Positions 27,505 to 40,175 are shown, numbered from the stretch's first letter. The stretch is 64,000 nt of DNA from Tubiluchus corallicola (GCA_030141605.1 JAQGDQ010000873.1:1-64000); one strand, 5' to 3'. Numbers and translations are program-made. The notes: generated from the sequence alone by a model not told the origin.

Positions 27505-27622
27505 CTAAATACCATGCGCCAGGCAGGGCAACAGCAGGTACCATTTTTGAAGTCGTTGGTATGACCCGACCACTGTATTGAACTCCCAGACCGAAAGCGG
27601 ACGCGTTATCGCAAGGCTAAAC
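27505..27622 (-). mobile_element. tRNA-derived SINE fragment with a MetaSINE-like core
   Basis: On the minus strand, a box-B-like GAGTTCAATAC is followed by GGTCGGGTCATACCAACGACTTCAAAAATGGTACCTGCTG, which resembles the conserved Meta core as recalled from memory. Confidence 0.55.
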
Positions 27623-28149
27623 CGTCTAATTATAAGGTGGAAACAGTCCAAACTAAATTTCACAGTTAATAACTTCGACATAATATTATTATCTATTATG
27701 CTACTCATAGAAGCTGTGCTTCGTATACTGACATTAACTGAAAAAGCTTTTGTACAACAGTATATCAATTATGCACATTTGAAACCCTGTCCACAGATTT
27801 TTCATACTGCCCCAGGCATGAACATATTGTGAGTTTCTAATTATAGCACTGAAATACCTATTAATGTTTTCAGTATTGAGAAAAACAAAAAATCTTCTAA
27901 TGGACGATCACCTTACCAAAATTATAAGGCAGCAGCGCAGTAATCCTTGTTCCATATGCATGTTCTGAAATGTAACAAAAGTAGCATAAAGCAACCTCTT
28001 GTGATGACTAATTCTTTTGTATCTTTATTAGGCAAAAGGTCATATTTGTAGGCACCCTGTAGCAATTCATAATGAGCATTTTTTGTAAAACTGGCTAAAA
28101 TTTAGGAACCTCTTATCAAGATATTTGCTCGATTATCAGCCACCCAACC

Positions 28150-28254
28150 TTTTTCTTTTGTAAGATCAGTGCATCATGCTCTAATAACGAAGCCTGTAAT
28201 AGCATCAGCATGAAGTTCTTTTGCAGTTCGGCTTATGGTACGGGTCATCCTATC
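28150..28254 (-). repeat. Short interspersed repeat Z, copy 1
   Basis: ~100 bp, highly similar to 30241-30345, with an A-rich 3' end on the minus strand. Confidence 0.75.
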
Positions 28255-30240
28255 TGGTGCGAAAATTTTTGAGTTTATTGCTAATTCCCTTCATCGGCTT
28301 ACCACGTGATATTGGGTGCTACACGGAAAAAATGTACTAGCTTAGTCAACAAGAAAGTTGAATGCAAAATTCTATTTACCTGACAGACGCCCATGTTACT
28401 CATCCTGTTATAAACATTATAGTCGATTATAGACGATTATAGAATCATTTTTGCACCATTTGTGCGTCATGCTTTGCTCTGGGTTTGATACAGCTTGAAC
28501 AGCTGAGACTTCCACTTAATAGCAAGGCCTAATTAATGCTGACATTGTGGCAGTACTAACCATAGCTAATTATCTAGGAAATAGTCCTCTAAGATCAGGA
28601 GATATTAACTAATAGAGGTGCTTTATCCAGTCTCCACGGAACAAAAAATGGTGGTCAGTTTGGCTGATGAAACTAGCCATAAGCAGTTTTCTAATCTTCA
28701 CCTACTCACTAAAGAAACAGTCATGCCCTCTCATTTATTCTACTTGCCAAGAAACGCATGCGCGAGTACTAAGGGATCCTCCATCTTTGATAAAGCTTTC
28801 CTCTTACAGCAAAAGGACCTGTTACAATTTTGCTTAAATATATTAAAGCAAGAATGTCAGGACCAAAATGTTATTTTATTTAACTGTTCATCATTGAATA
28901 GGGTCGACGCACCATTTTAGCAGGGATGACCATATGTGATGTCTCTTTATCATAGAAATTAACGATAATTTTAAATTATACTGTGAGACAAAAAAGAATT
29001 TTATTCTGTCATGTACAAAGTTTTCAACTAAGCAAGACAAATTACCTAAAGTATGTTTGATCAGTAAACAGCTATACCAAAGGTAGCAATGAGTTAAAAA
29101 TACCTTTATAAAAACACATAAAATTAAAGACAAGCAAATTGTCTTACCTGTCTGCAGTAGAGTAAGTAATAAATGCCTTCTGTAGACCACCCAAGTTGAT
29201 TAACCTTTTAATGCACAGGTATCTCTCATTGCAGCTTGTTGTGCCTAAATGATGTGCTCATCACAAATTGTTCAGTGAAAGCTTCCAGTAGTAGCTACTC
29301 ACATTCTAGTCAACTTTCTATGTCATAGCAAAGTGAGTTTTACTTTTGTCCGCGCTAAACCAGAAGTAATCTAAGTTTAAGTCTAGTAAATTAGTATTAC
29401 CACCCAAAACCTGTGTTGGGACATGCTAACCTAACAACATTGTTAACTCCAATTAAAAGAAAAAGTATTTTCGTATGCTGCCAGTTGTGTGATTAGGTAA
29501 GTGATCAGGCACTTTTCAGGAAATGTAACAACTGGTAAAGAAAAACTGGTACCCGTGTGTACGATGTAGTGCACGGAGACACAATTTAATGTGTTAAGAG
29601 ACTAAATAATTCACCGCTGGACAGGTTTGCATGGGATCTGTGTTACTGTAACCCGTCTTCTTTCCGTATTTGAACTTAATAGGCCATTGAGAAATAATAA
29701 TTGCGTTTTTATCCAATAATGTCAGCTTGCTAAGCTTTTGAAAACGAAAAATTTTCCACAGTGGTTAATATCCTTATCAATTGAACTCTGCAGGGATATA
29801 GCACTGTTTTTTAATACCTGGCACTTTTATATTATTTTTGAAAATTCAGTTTCATAAATTGTTAATATATATATTTTATTTATATATTATTATAGTGTAC
29901 TGAACACGCGTTTCACACAAAATATAAGTTTCTGTTGAAGCCAAGTTATGCATCTGGCCTGTATAAAAGCGGCCGTCTCTGCTCTTTTACTGGTTCAGTT
30001 AGCTTAATCCACGACAGTATAAACTCTATTTAATCATTATTTTTGAATCTACTTGATGTAATGTGCCAATAAAGGTATCGTTTTTCTCACACATCATTCT
30101 GTTGTTTCGTGGATGGATGTCGGAAGAGTTAGTCTGCTTACCCTCCGCATCTGCTGGTACCGAACCAACCTGGGTAGTTTTACCACTTGTCGGCGAGGTA
30201 CCGCCAGCAGTTCAATATATTATAGTATATATATATATAT

Positions 30241-30345
30241 TTTTTTTCTTTTGTAAGATCAGTGCATCATGCTCTAATAACGTAGCCTGAAATTGCGTCA
30301 GCATGAAGTTCCTTTGCAGTTGGGCTTATGGTACGGGTCATCCTA
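30241..30345 (-). repeat. Short interspersed repeat Z, copy 2, embedded in (TA)n
   Basis: Matches 28150-28254 and has TA runs on both sides. Confidence 0.75.
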
Positions 30346-30617
30346 TATATATATATATATAAACTACAGAAATGGCCCTCTCTGCTTATCTCTGACAACT
30401 TTCCCAATTTTGAATATCAAACGCTGCAGAAATTCGAATGTATCTGAATCGTGTTTTATTGTATAACATCAAGCAATGAATGCAGCAACTGCTGAACTTA
30501 CCTTTTGTTGCCTTAATTTTATTTGTTTGTACATTCTTTGATTACATAAGTTCTGTAATATTAATAACAATACTAGCCAAACCCCACAAAAAGAATTTTG
30601 TGCACAAATCAACACAA

Positions 30618-31332
30618 AACCCACACCACACCACTCCACCTCATCACACCACACCATACCACTCCACCACATCACACCGCACAGCACCACACCATAATAC
30701 CACACTGCACCACACCACCCACCCACCTACACACCACACCACCCACACCATACCACTCCACCACATCACACCACACTGCACCACACCATACCACTCCACC
30801 ACATCACACCACACTGCACCACACCATACCACTGCACCACCCACGCACCACACCACACCACCCACACCATAATACTCCACCACATCACACCGCACAGCAC
30901 CACACCATAACACCACACTGCACCACACCACCCACCCACCTACACACCACACCACCCACACCATACCACTCCACCACATCACACCACACCGCACCACAAC
31001 ATACCACTGCAGCACACCGCACGACCCACATACCACACCACACCATACGACTCCACCACATCACACCACACTGCACCACACCATACCACTGCACCACACC
31101 ACACCACACCGCACCACCCACACACCACACCATAATACTCCACCACATCACACTGCACTGCACCACACCATAACACCACACCGCACCACAACACCCACCC
31201 ACCCACACACCACGCCACCCACTCCATACCACACTACCCACACCACACCCCACACACCCTATCACCCCACCACACCATCCATAGCACAACACACAAAGCA
31301 CACCACCACCACACCACATCAAATCCACCACC
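30618..31332. repeat. (CACCA)n-derived satellite with higher-order repeats
   Basis: CA-rich pentamer array. Blocks such as 30664-30778 and 30874-30988 recur nearly verbatim. Confidence 0.9.
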
Positions 31333-31769
31333 TCACGTGGTGATCATGATGTTGATGATGATGATGATGATGGTGGCAACGATGACAACACCTATAGCAC
31401 AAGCACCAACAGCACAGCATTACAGCAAAACCATTCCAATCATTTTTCACAAATTTGAAACTATGTGCTATAATATAATAAATAGCAAAGGCCCCGCAAA
31501 AGATTTTGCATATAAATACACGTGTAATCAATAATACGCGAACATCCTACCTAGTCCACATTTATAACACAAAGCCCGTAACATCGTGTCTACTGTTTGT
31601 TTAACTAACGCAAAGCCTGTAGCTTTTTGCTGAATTAAAGTTATAAGATTATAGACAGAGTACAATGGATGACGTCACAACAATGCCTTTGCGTCAGCAA
31701 TTTTCTAAGCGAAAATTGCCGAAAATAGAACTCCTAACTAACTCGTTGATACTCCTCTCGGTGGACCTG

Positions 31770-32310
31770 CCCTAAAATAGTGCCCACATCATCGTGTAGC
31801 CCTGTTTTTCCTCTTTGTAAAGAGCTATATATCTCCTTCCGAGAGTCCCACCGGGCGCCGCTAGAACGTTTTTCCCGCATGCTGTTTGGTCAAAATTTCG
31901 AAAAAATCGCGAGTTGGGTCCGGGAAAACGCCCGTTGCGGGGCGCCCTGGCCCTCTCGGGAATTCTAAATACGCCTACTACACCCACCGCTGAACGGGCT
32001 ATCTATCCATACCCAGCACCCCCCTCGGCCCGTTCCCGTTCTCTACATCTCAGCCGTATAACTTTTGCAAAAAACGGCCGAAAAAGGGCCATTTTTGGAG
32101 GTTTTTCGCCTCCCCCTCCTCCCGGTGGGCCCGATTCGAAAAATAAACCATCAATGGCACGACACTAGATCGAGACCTTTCGTTTGATATATAGATCGCC
32201 GCAAATGGTGCCCTCGTCCGGGCTGTAGCCTCGAATCTTATATATATATAAATAAATAAATAAATAAATATATATATATATATATATACCAAGAATATTA
32301 ATATAAGAGA
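31770..32310 (-). mobile_element. Repeat family X, copy 2 (longest)
   Basis: The minus strand begins A|TCTCTTATATTAATATTCTTGG at 32310. It matches copies 1 and 3 down to ~31973, then continues as GC-rich sequence for about 200 bp. The left boundary is uncertain. Confidence 0.8.
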
Positions 32311-32682
32311 TAAATTAGTAAACAATAAAGTTAACACAATAAATTTTTAATTACACCAAATGACAATTTTCTGAAAATGTTGAACAAACTAAACTAGGTG
32401 AGTAATATTGTAGATGAGTGTAAGCTTAAATAATTATTAATGATATCTTTCTTGCACAGAAATGATATCAACACACAACATCTAAATTATATTACAAATC
32501 ATCATTCTTCATCTCTAAAGGAATATCAGAAAAAATCACTACCTGTAGTTTCCAAAAGCAATTTCAGACAAATTAAATCTGATGTCGGCCAAGTTTCATT
32601 TGTGCAGAATGTCTCCTTTTTTGGGAACCACAATTAAAAATAAACCTGAAGAGGCATAATGAAGAAGAGATGATCAGACACA

Positions 32683-34107
32683 TTACCCACATAACTCCAA
32701 TGTTGAAAAATTTGCACATTTGCTTGCTTTTCTTCTTGGAATTTTTACTCTATGGTACAGTTTCTCGCCCAGAAAAACAGCTATTCCAATACCGTGTCCA
32801 AGCAGAATCATGAAGACGTATTTAATGTGTTCCATACTTATGTGTTCTGCACCAACGGTTGTCATAGGCTTATTTAAACAGATATTTGCTTCCTCTAGCT
32901 CAGCTTCCAAAAGAAATTTTCCTATTCCACCTTGCATTATGCTGGCAATTCCATAATTTAACACGTCAGTGATGTTGCTGTTTCTAGGTACTGCAAATGA
33001 AAGTGTCTCAGGAGTCGACCTGAATGGTGCGAAAGTATATCTGCACTTTTTGTGCAACACGACATCTCGCTTCATGAACAGTTTACCATAAATGTCTGAG
33101 AGGAAGTATGCGTACTTTCCTGTTGTCGTTAGTTCCAATGCCCTTTGGTAACTGTTGACAACTGAATTTGTGTCGCTTTGCATCTTTAACCAGAGCTTGT
33201 TGTACAGAGTGCCTGGATGACTGCGTCGCAATAGTCCTTCAAGATTAGTGCCTTTAATAACAACTGGCATTACGTCACTGTCTAGTAACTCTTGTGGTGT
33301 GTTAAAAGGGTATTTGGGGTGATTTATGGAGAGCTGGCAGATCAATATTCCCGTATATGTTGTGGTCACTATGATAGCAAATGGCCACCACAATCCAATG
33401 ACCATTCTAACAGACATTCGTTTCGATAAGTTTGTTCCTGCTTGCTTGAGAAATGCTGAGAACATAAACAGTGTGAAGTATGCTATGTCAGCAGCATGCT
33501 TGCTTGATGCACTACGAAATTTCGCTTGACTGTGAAGGATGGATACAGCTATTGAAACTAAAGCACAGCTAACCATCAAACCAACCCAGACCAGTCCTTT
33601 AAATGGTGCCCATAAGTTGAACTCAGAGACTTCTTCTTCTGGTCGCTTTATCAGAAACACTTGAGATGTGTAGGCAAGTGGATGCAAGTGTTTGACCAGT
33701 CCTAAACGATGCCTGTTTGTAGTTAACAGTGCAACGATGATATCAAGTTCATTTTCAGTAGCTACTTTTTTCCATTCGTATGTTGAATAATGCGTTTCTG
33801 TGTATGTGAAGTTCAAGTGATTGCTTAACATCTGCAGTATATCTTTCATCACTTTTTCAAAATTGCTGTGGAGAAGTGCTACTTTGAGATGTGCACCATC
33901 TAGTGAATGTTTTTCATGCACAAATTGTTTGCTGGTGTAACTTGCATGTCTGTATTGTGGCATCCCTAGTCGCATCCAGGTTGCATTATTTTTGTTGCTA
34001 GTTAGTTCTTTTTTCTCCATATAATTTTGGTTGAAATTGTTTGCCACTTTAAACATGTAGATCATTGAAACACAATTGATAAGCATTGCAAGAGAACTCC
34101 ACCTCAT
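32683..34107 (-). CDS. Intronless divergent ionotropic receptor (variant iGluR), IR-A, 474 aa
   Basis: Hydrophobic N-terminus; S1 (LNFTY...DIIVALLTTNRHR); pre-M1 WAPF plus M1; pore FSAFLKQA; RMVIGLWWPFAIIVTTTYTGIL (SYTANL-equivalent helix); S2 (PFNTPQELLDS...FAVPRNS...LNYGI..IMQGGI); Cys followed by the last TM. No amino-terminal domain. Confidence 0.9.
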   Translation of the reverse strand: MRWSSLAMLINCVSMIYMFKVANNFNQNYMEKKELTSNKNNATWMRLGMPQYRHASYTSKQFVHEKHSLDGAHLKVALLHSNFEKVMKDILQMLSNHLNFTYTETHYSTYEWKKVATENELDIIVALLTTNRHRLGLVKHLHPLAYTSQVFLIKRPEEEVSEFNLWAPFKGLVWVGLMVSCALVSIAVSILHSQAKFRSASSKHAADIAYFTLFMFSAFLKQAGTNLSKRMSVRMVIGLWWPFAIIVTTTYTGILICQLSINHPKYPFNTPQELLDSDVMPVVIKGTNLEGLLRRSHPGTLYNKLWLKMQSDTNSVVNSYQRALELTTTGKYAYFLSDIYGKLFMKRDVVLHKKCRYTFAPFRSTPETLSFAVPRNSNITDVLNYGIASIMQGGIGKFLLEAELEEANICLNKPMTTVGAEHISMEHIKYVFMILLGHGIGIAVFLGEKLYHRVKIPRRKASKCANFSTLELCG

Positions 34108-34633
34108 TTTCGCTTTACTGTGCAGTCTTCATCTTTGTTGGTGCTTGCTAACGATTTCTGTTTTTATAACTGACTGTGGCAATGATGACATCGATACCAT
34201 GACATTGATACACGTTGACCAAACACACCTGCTTCTGTGATATTTATGCCTAAATGGAAGTGATATGTAGCAAATTCAAATACATCAGTAAAAGATTGGT
34301 GATGGAAAATTTATTTCCGTGTTGAGACTTCAGTAACATTTTGATCATGAAACTCATAAACCATTAGTGATGTAAAAGTAAACCGAGGTTGTCTTTTTCA
34401 GCACCGTGATTCAAATTTTAATACATTTAAAAAAATAAAGTTGAGTAGATCAGATGTTCTTTTGCTTCTCTTGACTACCGTTTTGTCATTTGAGTAAAAT
34501 GTCGCTGTTAAATTATCAGACTAATGTATTGTTAACAGATACAAAAACAATGCGCTTGCAGTCAAACAACGAGGTTGCAGTCATGTTCCTTCTTTTTCAC
34601 ATTTTCCTCATTTTCACATTTCTGTTTGAGTTT

Positions 34634-36031
34634 TTATGGACCACAGCTTTGTGTTATCTTTTTGTAGAGGCATTCACTGAGAATCGCAAAACATGCAATA
34701 ATCACGCCTGTGAATAGTAGCGAAAAAGTGAGTGACAATTCAAGGATGCGTATTGTCCGTGCAGCAACATTTTGAGCAGGAGCTTGTAGACATTCTTCAC
34801 AATGTGCTAGTGACGATGCTATAATTTTATTCATCAGTCCACTCTGTAGCATGCTCTTTAATGCTCGGTTGAATGTTTCTACATGCACACTGTCTTTCGG
34901 AACTACGATGGACATCGGTGACAGATAATTTTCAGATTTATATGGAGCAAATGAAAACCGGCAACTTTTGTGCAATTTCACATCCTGAGAAATAATTGCC
35001 TTTCCATAGAATTCTGATATGAACAAAGTGTACCTCTGTGATGCTGTAAGTTCTAGTCCAGTAAAATGATTGTCAGCTGGTGTTTCATCATCATCTTGCA
35101 TTTTCTTCCACAGCAAGCCAAACTGTGTATCTGGAGGGCTGTTTCGTAATAGAGCGGTATCCGAAAAATTGCCTATTGTCGTTAGTCTCATATCGCCGTC
35201 AATCAGTTCTTCAATGTTGTTAAAGGGATACGCTAGGTTGCTTACAAATAACTGACTAGTCAGGATGCCAGCATATATTGCTGTCACAATGAGAACGAAA
35301 AGCCACCACAGTATAATTAGAATCCTAGCAGGCCAACTTGCCGGCACATATGTACCACCTACATGAACTATAGATCCCAGAGAATACTGGATAAAATAAG
35401 CCAGGTCTTTAGGTTGATGTTTAGATCGAATTTTTGGTCCATGCCGATCAAGGTAATAAATTATACATGCAGTCATTATACTGAAGGCAATCAAAAGCAT
35501 CCATACTGTTAGCGTAAATGGAGATGTTAGGTCTAGTGCTTCGTAATACTTCTGATGAACAATGAATATTTGAGGTGAATATGCAATTGGATACAGGAAA
35601 GTCATAAAGTTAAGACGGTGCTGGTTAACGTTAAATAAACCTAGCAGGAGGTCTACATCTTTGTATGTTACCACTTCTTCCGGAGTTTTGCTTGTTGAAA
35701 TCCATTGTATCGTATAAGTGAAATTTAATGCTTGTTGTAGGTAATCCAGTAATTGAATTAGCATCTCTTCAAATACGTCATTGATCCACATAGCTATGCG
35801 AAGTTCTTTTCCTCTTAACGTGTGGCTTGTTGTTTCGTTTGTGTTTTTACTGCATCCAGCGAAAGATTTTGCACTGCCTTCCATGGCTCCTATAGCTGGT
35901 TTAGAGACTCCAATTACAGTTCTCTTTTCTATGTCTGCTTTCTTACTGTTACTAGGTAATGAGTGCTGACTACTTAATATGATGATGCATACGCTGAAGA
36001 TCTTAATTTGGTAACACCGTCTCACATCCAT
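34634..36031 (-). CDS. Intronless divergent ionotropic receptor IR-B1, 465 aa
   Basis: Signal peptide, LNFTY, DLLLGLFNVNQHR, SPFTLTVW-M1, RILIILWWLFVLIVTAIYAGIL, PFNNIEELID, FNRALKSMLQSGL, and a terminal TM. Confidence 0.9.
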   Translation of the reverse strand: MDVRRCYQIKIFSVCIIILSSQHSLPSNSKKADIEKRTVIGVSKPAIGAMEGSAKSFAGCSKNTNETTSHTLRGKELRIAMWINDVFEEMLIQLLDYLQQALNFTYTIQWISTSKTPEEVVTYKDVDLLLGLFNVNQHRLNFMTFLYPIAYSPQIFIVHQKYYEALDLTSPFTLTVWMLLIAFSIMTACIIYYLDRHGPKIRSKHQPKDLAYFIQYSLGSIVHVGGTYVPASWPARILIILWWLFVLIVTAIYAGILTSQLFVSNLAYPFNNIEELIDGDMRLTTIGNFSDTALLRNSPPDTQFGLLWKKMQDDDETPADNHFTGLELTASQRYTLFISEFYGKAIISQDVKLHKSCRFSFAPYKSENYLSPMSIVVPKDSVHVETFNRALKSMLQSGLMNKIIASSLAHCEECLQAPAQNVAARTIRILELSLTFSLLFTGVIIACFAILSECLYKKITQSCGP

Positions 36032-36394
36032 TGTGGCACAAATGTAGTAGTCATCAGTGCCTTACATTACCATTGTGCTAATGTATCGATAATATACTTA
36101 AACTTAATGGTTTGCTAATATTTATCCATTTGTTTAGGGCCTTGGAAATTTTCTGATTCATGCATTAAAGCTTCACTTGCTCACTTTGCAATAAGCCATT
36201 TCTATTGTATTACCTTATGGAAAGCAAACAGCAATATATATCATGTTAGATTCTCTGTTGTTTTTGTTGGTTTAGTTATTTGCATGTATAGCCCAATAGC
36301 AAACACCATTTATTGTCGTAGAGTTCTCAATGTTATCATGACTGTCACTTTCCTTTGTTGTGGTTTCAGAGCCATTAGAACTGAGTTTGCTGAC

Positions 36395-36790
36395 TTTATC
36401 TGCAATGAATGAAAGTGCCAACTTTCATTTAGTTTTTTTCTACTTTTGGGCTGCAGCCCTAACTGGCCTTTGGACAGTTTTTTTTAATGTTAGAATAACT
36501 TCCTTTTGTTGTTGGTCACCCACTCAAGTGCTTGTATCAGAAGTATTGAAGTATTTGATTGGTCCATGAATTTGCTTGAATGTCAGCCCTTTAACAATCC
36601 ACAGCTTGTTGAAGTTGGCGCAGAGCTTCATATCGTGTTTGATGCACGCTATGTGCGAGAAAAAGTTCTTTCGCGTACCCATGTTTTTTTTGCTAGTTTA
36701 TTCATTGATCATAATCTTCCTTCATATTTGTACAGCAGCATAAAGTGTAAAGCAGTTATGCAAAATTCGTGGCCTTTATGTTGCCTGATT
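36395..36790 (-). pseudogene. Internally deleted remnant of IR-C (unit 1)
   Basis: Matches the 3' end (~43390) and then jumps to the 5' part (~44315-44630) of the IR-C pseudogene. It encodes an ILLIQALEWV-like S1 fragment with stops. Confidence 0.6.
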
Positions 36791-36894
36791 GCATTAGGTT
36801 GCAAAAATGCTTCTCCGAAGGTGCCTCATGGAATGATGTTCTTCAACATACAAAAAGATACAGAAAGTCAGCAGACAGAATTTTGTGCTATCAC

Positions 36895-37090
36895 TTTGTG
36901 TTTCCATTTCTGTTTCGTGTACATGTGTACACTCATAATTTTTCATTAGGCCTAATAATGCACACTGTGGTTAAATGATTTTTGTACCTTACTTTGTGTA
37001 CTATTTCCATTTCATGCACATGTGCACACTCGGAATTTTGCATTAGGCCTAATAATGCACATTGTGGTTGAATGCTTTTTGTACCTAAGT
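36895..37090. repeat. 97-bp tandem repeat, two copies
   Basis: ttaggcctaataatg at 36946 and 37043. Confidence 0.85.
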
Positions 37091-37322
37091 GCGCACTGCT
37101 GCTTTTCGTTAAACAAAGTAAAATTCTGTTTGTTTTTGGTTCATCAAATAAGTAATCTGTAAAATAACATATTTGCTGCTTCACATAACAGATAATAATT
37201 GCTAGTGGCTTTGTTTAACTTTTCAGTACTTTACCCAAATGTGCAGCACAAAAATGGCTATTTTAGTTATTTTTCGTTGTCATTATGTCGATTGTGCACC
37301 CGTTATTTTTGTTGTCTTTTGT

Positions 37323-37498
37323 CGCTGGTGTAACTTGCATGTCTGTGCAGTTGACATTCCTTGGTTACCAGGTTACATTGTTTTTGTTGCTAATCAAATT
37401 TTTTCTCCACATAAGTTTTGGTTGAAATTGCTTATTATTTTAAACATGTAGATCATTGGAACAGATTTGATAAACATTACAAGACAACTGCACCTCAT
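37323..37498 (-). pseudogene. 5' fragment of IR-A (frameshifted)
   Basis: ATG at 37498 gives MRCSCLVMFIKSVPMIYMFKIISNFNQN, against IR-A MRWSSLAMLINCVSMIYMFKVANNFNQN, then a frameshift and stop. The upstream flank is homologous to 34108-34630. Confidence 0.8.
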
Positions 37499-38030
37499 TT
37501 TCACTGTACTGTGCAGCATTTTATTTTATTTTTTGTATGTTGCTAGCACATTCTGTTTTTATATCTTACTATGGCAGTGACATTGATACCATGAAATTGA
37601 TGCAGGATGACCAAACACACTTGCTGCTGAGAAATTTGTGCCTAACAAAAATAAATGGAAGAAGTGATATGTAGCAAATTCATATGCATCAGTAACAGAC
37701 TGGTGATCGAAAATTTATTTCCATATTGAGACTTCAGTAACATTTTGATCACGAAACTCATAAACCATTAGTAATGGAAAAGTAAACCGGTTTAGTCATT
37801 TTCGGCACCGTGATTCAAATTTTAATATATTTAAAAAAAACAAAGCTGAGTAGATCAGATGCTTCTTTTGCTTCTCTTGACTACCGTTTTGTCATTTGAG
37901 TAAAATGTCGCTGTTAAATTATCAGACTAATGTATTGCTAACAGATACAAAAACAATGAGCTTGCAGTAAAACAATGAGGTTGCAGTCATGTTCCTTCTT
38001 TTTCACATTTTCATATTTCTGTTTGAGTTT

Positions 38031-39428
38031 TTATGGACCACAGCTTTGTGTTATCTTTTTGTAGAGGCATTCACTGAGAATCGCAAAACATGCAATAATC
38101 ACGCCTGTGAATAGTAGCGAAAAAGTGAGTGACAATTCAAGGATGCGTATTGTCCGTGCAGCAACATTTTGAGCAGGAGCTTGTAGACATTCTTCACAAT
38201 GTGCTAGTGACGATGCTATAATTTTATTCATCAGTCCACTCTGTAGCATGCTCTTCAATGCTCGGTTGAATGTTTCTACATGCACACTGTCATTCGGAAC
38301 TACGATGGACATCGGTGACAGATAATTTTCAGATTTATATGGAGCAAATGAAAACCGGCAACTTTTGTGCAATTTCACATCCTGAGAAATAATTGCCTTT
38401 CCATAGAATTCTGATATGAACAAAGTGTACCTCTGTGATGCTGTAAGTTCTAGTCCAGTAAAATGATTGTCAGCTGGTGTTTCATCATCATCTTGCATTT
38501 TCTTCCACAGCAAGCCAAACTGTGTATCTGGAGGGCTGTTTCGTAATAGAGCGGTATCCGAAAAATTGCCTATTGTCGTTAGTCTCATATCGCCGTCAAT
38601 CAGTTCTTCAATGTTGTTAAAGGGATACGCTAGGTTGCTTACAAATAACTGACTAGTCAGGATGCCAGCATATATTGCTGTCACAATGAGAACGAAAAGC
38701 CACCACAGTATAATTAGAATCCTAGCAGGCCAACTTGCCGGCACATATGTACCACCTACATGAACTATAGATCCCAGAGAATACTGGATAAAATAAGCCA
38801 GGTCTTTAGGTTGATGTTTAGATCGAATTTTTGGTCCATGCCGATCAAGGTAATAAATTATACATGCAGTCATTATACTGAAGGCAATCAAAAGCATCCA
38901 TACTGTTAGCGTAAATGGAGATGTTAGGTCTAGTGCTTCGTAATACTTCTGATGAACAATGAATATTTGAGGTGAATATGCAATTGGATACAGGAAAGTC
39001 ATAAAGTTAAGACGGTGCTGGTTAACGTTAAATAAACCTAGCAGGAGGTCTACATCTTTGTATGTTACCACTTCTTCCGGAGTTTTGCTTGTTGAAATCC
39101 ATTGTATCGTATAAGTGAAATTTAATGCTTGTTGTAGGTAATCCAGTAATTGAATTAGCATCTCTTCAAATACGTCATTGATCCACATAGCTATGCGAAG
39201 TTCTTTTCCTCTTAACGTGTGGCTTGTTGTTTCGTTTGTGTTTTTACTGCATCCAGCGAAAGATTTTGCACTGCCTTCCATGGCTCCTATAGCTGGTTTA
39301 GAGACTCCAATTACAGTTCTCTTTTCTATGTCTGCTTTCTTACTGTTACTAGGTAATGAGTGCTGACTACTTAATATGATGATGCATACGCTGAAGATCT
39401 TAATTTGGTAACACCGTCTCACATCCAT
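38031..39428 (-). CDS. Intronless divergent ionotropic receptor IR-B2, 465 aa
   Basis: The translation is identical to IR-B1 except VVPNDS versus VVPKDS. Confidence 0.9.
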   Translation of the reverse strand: MDVRRCYQIKIFSVCIIILSSQHSLPSNSKKADIEKRTVIGVSKPAIGAMEGSAKSFAGCSKNTNETTSHTLRGKELRIAMWINDVFEEMLIQLLDYLQQALNFTYTIQWISTSKTPEEVVTYKDVDLLLGLFNVNQHRLNFMTFLYPIAYSPQIFIVHQKYYEALDLTSPFTLTVWMLLIAFSIMTACIIYYLDRHGPKIRSKHQPKDLAYFIQYSLGSIVHVGGTYVPASWPARILIILWWLFVLIVTAIYAGILTSQLFVSNLAYPFNNIEELIDGDMRLTTIGNFSDTALLRNSPPDTQFGLLWKKMQDDDETPADNHFTGLELTASQRYTLFISEFYGKAIISQDVKLHKSCRFSFAPYKSENYLSPMSIVVPNDSVHVETFNRALKSMLQSGLMNKIIASSLAHCEECLQAPAQNVAARTIRILELSLTFSLLFTGVIIACFAILSECLYKKITQSCGP

Positions 39429-39794
39429 TGTGGCACAAATGTAGTAATCATCAGTGCCTTACATTACCATTGTGCTAATGTATCGATAATATACTTAAAC
39501 TTAATGGTTTGCTAATATTTATCCATTTGTTTAGGGCCTTGGAAATTTTCTGATTCATGCATTAAAGCTTCACTTGCTCACTTTGCAATAAGCCATTTCT
39601 ATTGTATTACCTTATGGAAAGCAAACAGCAATATATATTATGTTAGATTCTCTGTTGTTTTTGTTGGTTTAGTTATTTGCATGTATAGCCCAATAGCAAA
39701 CACCATTTATTGTCGTAGAGTTCTCAATGTTATCATGACTGTCACTTTCCTTTGTTGTGGTTTCAGAGCCATTAGAACTGAGTTTGCTGACTTT

Positions 39795-40175
39795 ATCTGC
39801 AATGAATGAAAGTGCCAACTTTCATTTAGTTTTTTCTACTTTTGGGCTGCAGCCCTAACTGGCCTTTGGACAGTTTTTTTTTATGTTAGAATAACTTCCT
39901 TTTGTTGTTGGTCACCCACTCAAGTGCTTGTATCAGAAGTATTTGATTGGTCCATGAATTTGCTTGAATGTCAGCCCTTTAACAATCCACAGCTTGTTGA
40001 AGTTGGCGCAGAGCTTCATATCGTGTTTGATGCACGCTATGTGCAAGAAAAAGTTCTTTCGCGTACCCATGTTTTTTTTGCTAGTTTATTCATTGATCAT
40101 AATCTTCCTTCATATTTGTACAGCAGCATAAAGTGTAAAGCAGTTATGCAAAATTCGTGGCCTTTATGTTGCCTG
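39795..40175 (-). pseudogene. Internally deleted remnant of IR-C (unit 2)
   Basis: Near-identical to 36395-36790. Confidence 0.6.

Larger units (their letters stand above)
26960..29190 (-). pseudogene. Decayed two-exon secreted-protein gene (cluster pseudogene S5)
   Basis: Exon 29190-29148 (GTG start, VVYRRHLLLTLLQT, donor ACAG|gtaaga, phase 1) joins acceptor tatatcag|27359 in frame to give VLLDLQTFSIVSQGENLKS...FW* (stop at 27154). An upstream in-frame ATG is followed by TAA. Stop-riddled coding-like sequence continues to about 26960. Confidence 0.5.

Noticed and set aside
30469-31331. His/Thr/Pro-rich and Cys/Gly/Val/Trp-rich ORFs
   Set aside because: The (CACCA)n satellite is open in most frames on both strands and has no signal peptide or splice context.
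36506-36949. 147-aa plus-strand ORF and its 137-aa copy at 39924-40337
   Set aside because: They are antisense to the IR-C remnant, start at TTG/GTG, and are repeated only because of the segmental duplication.
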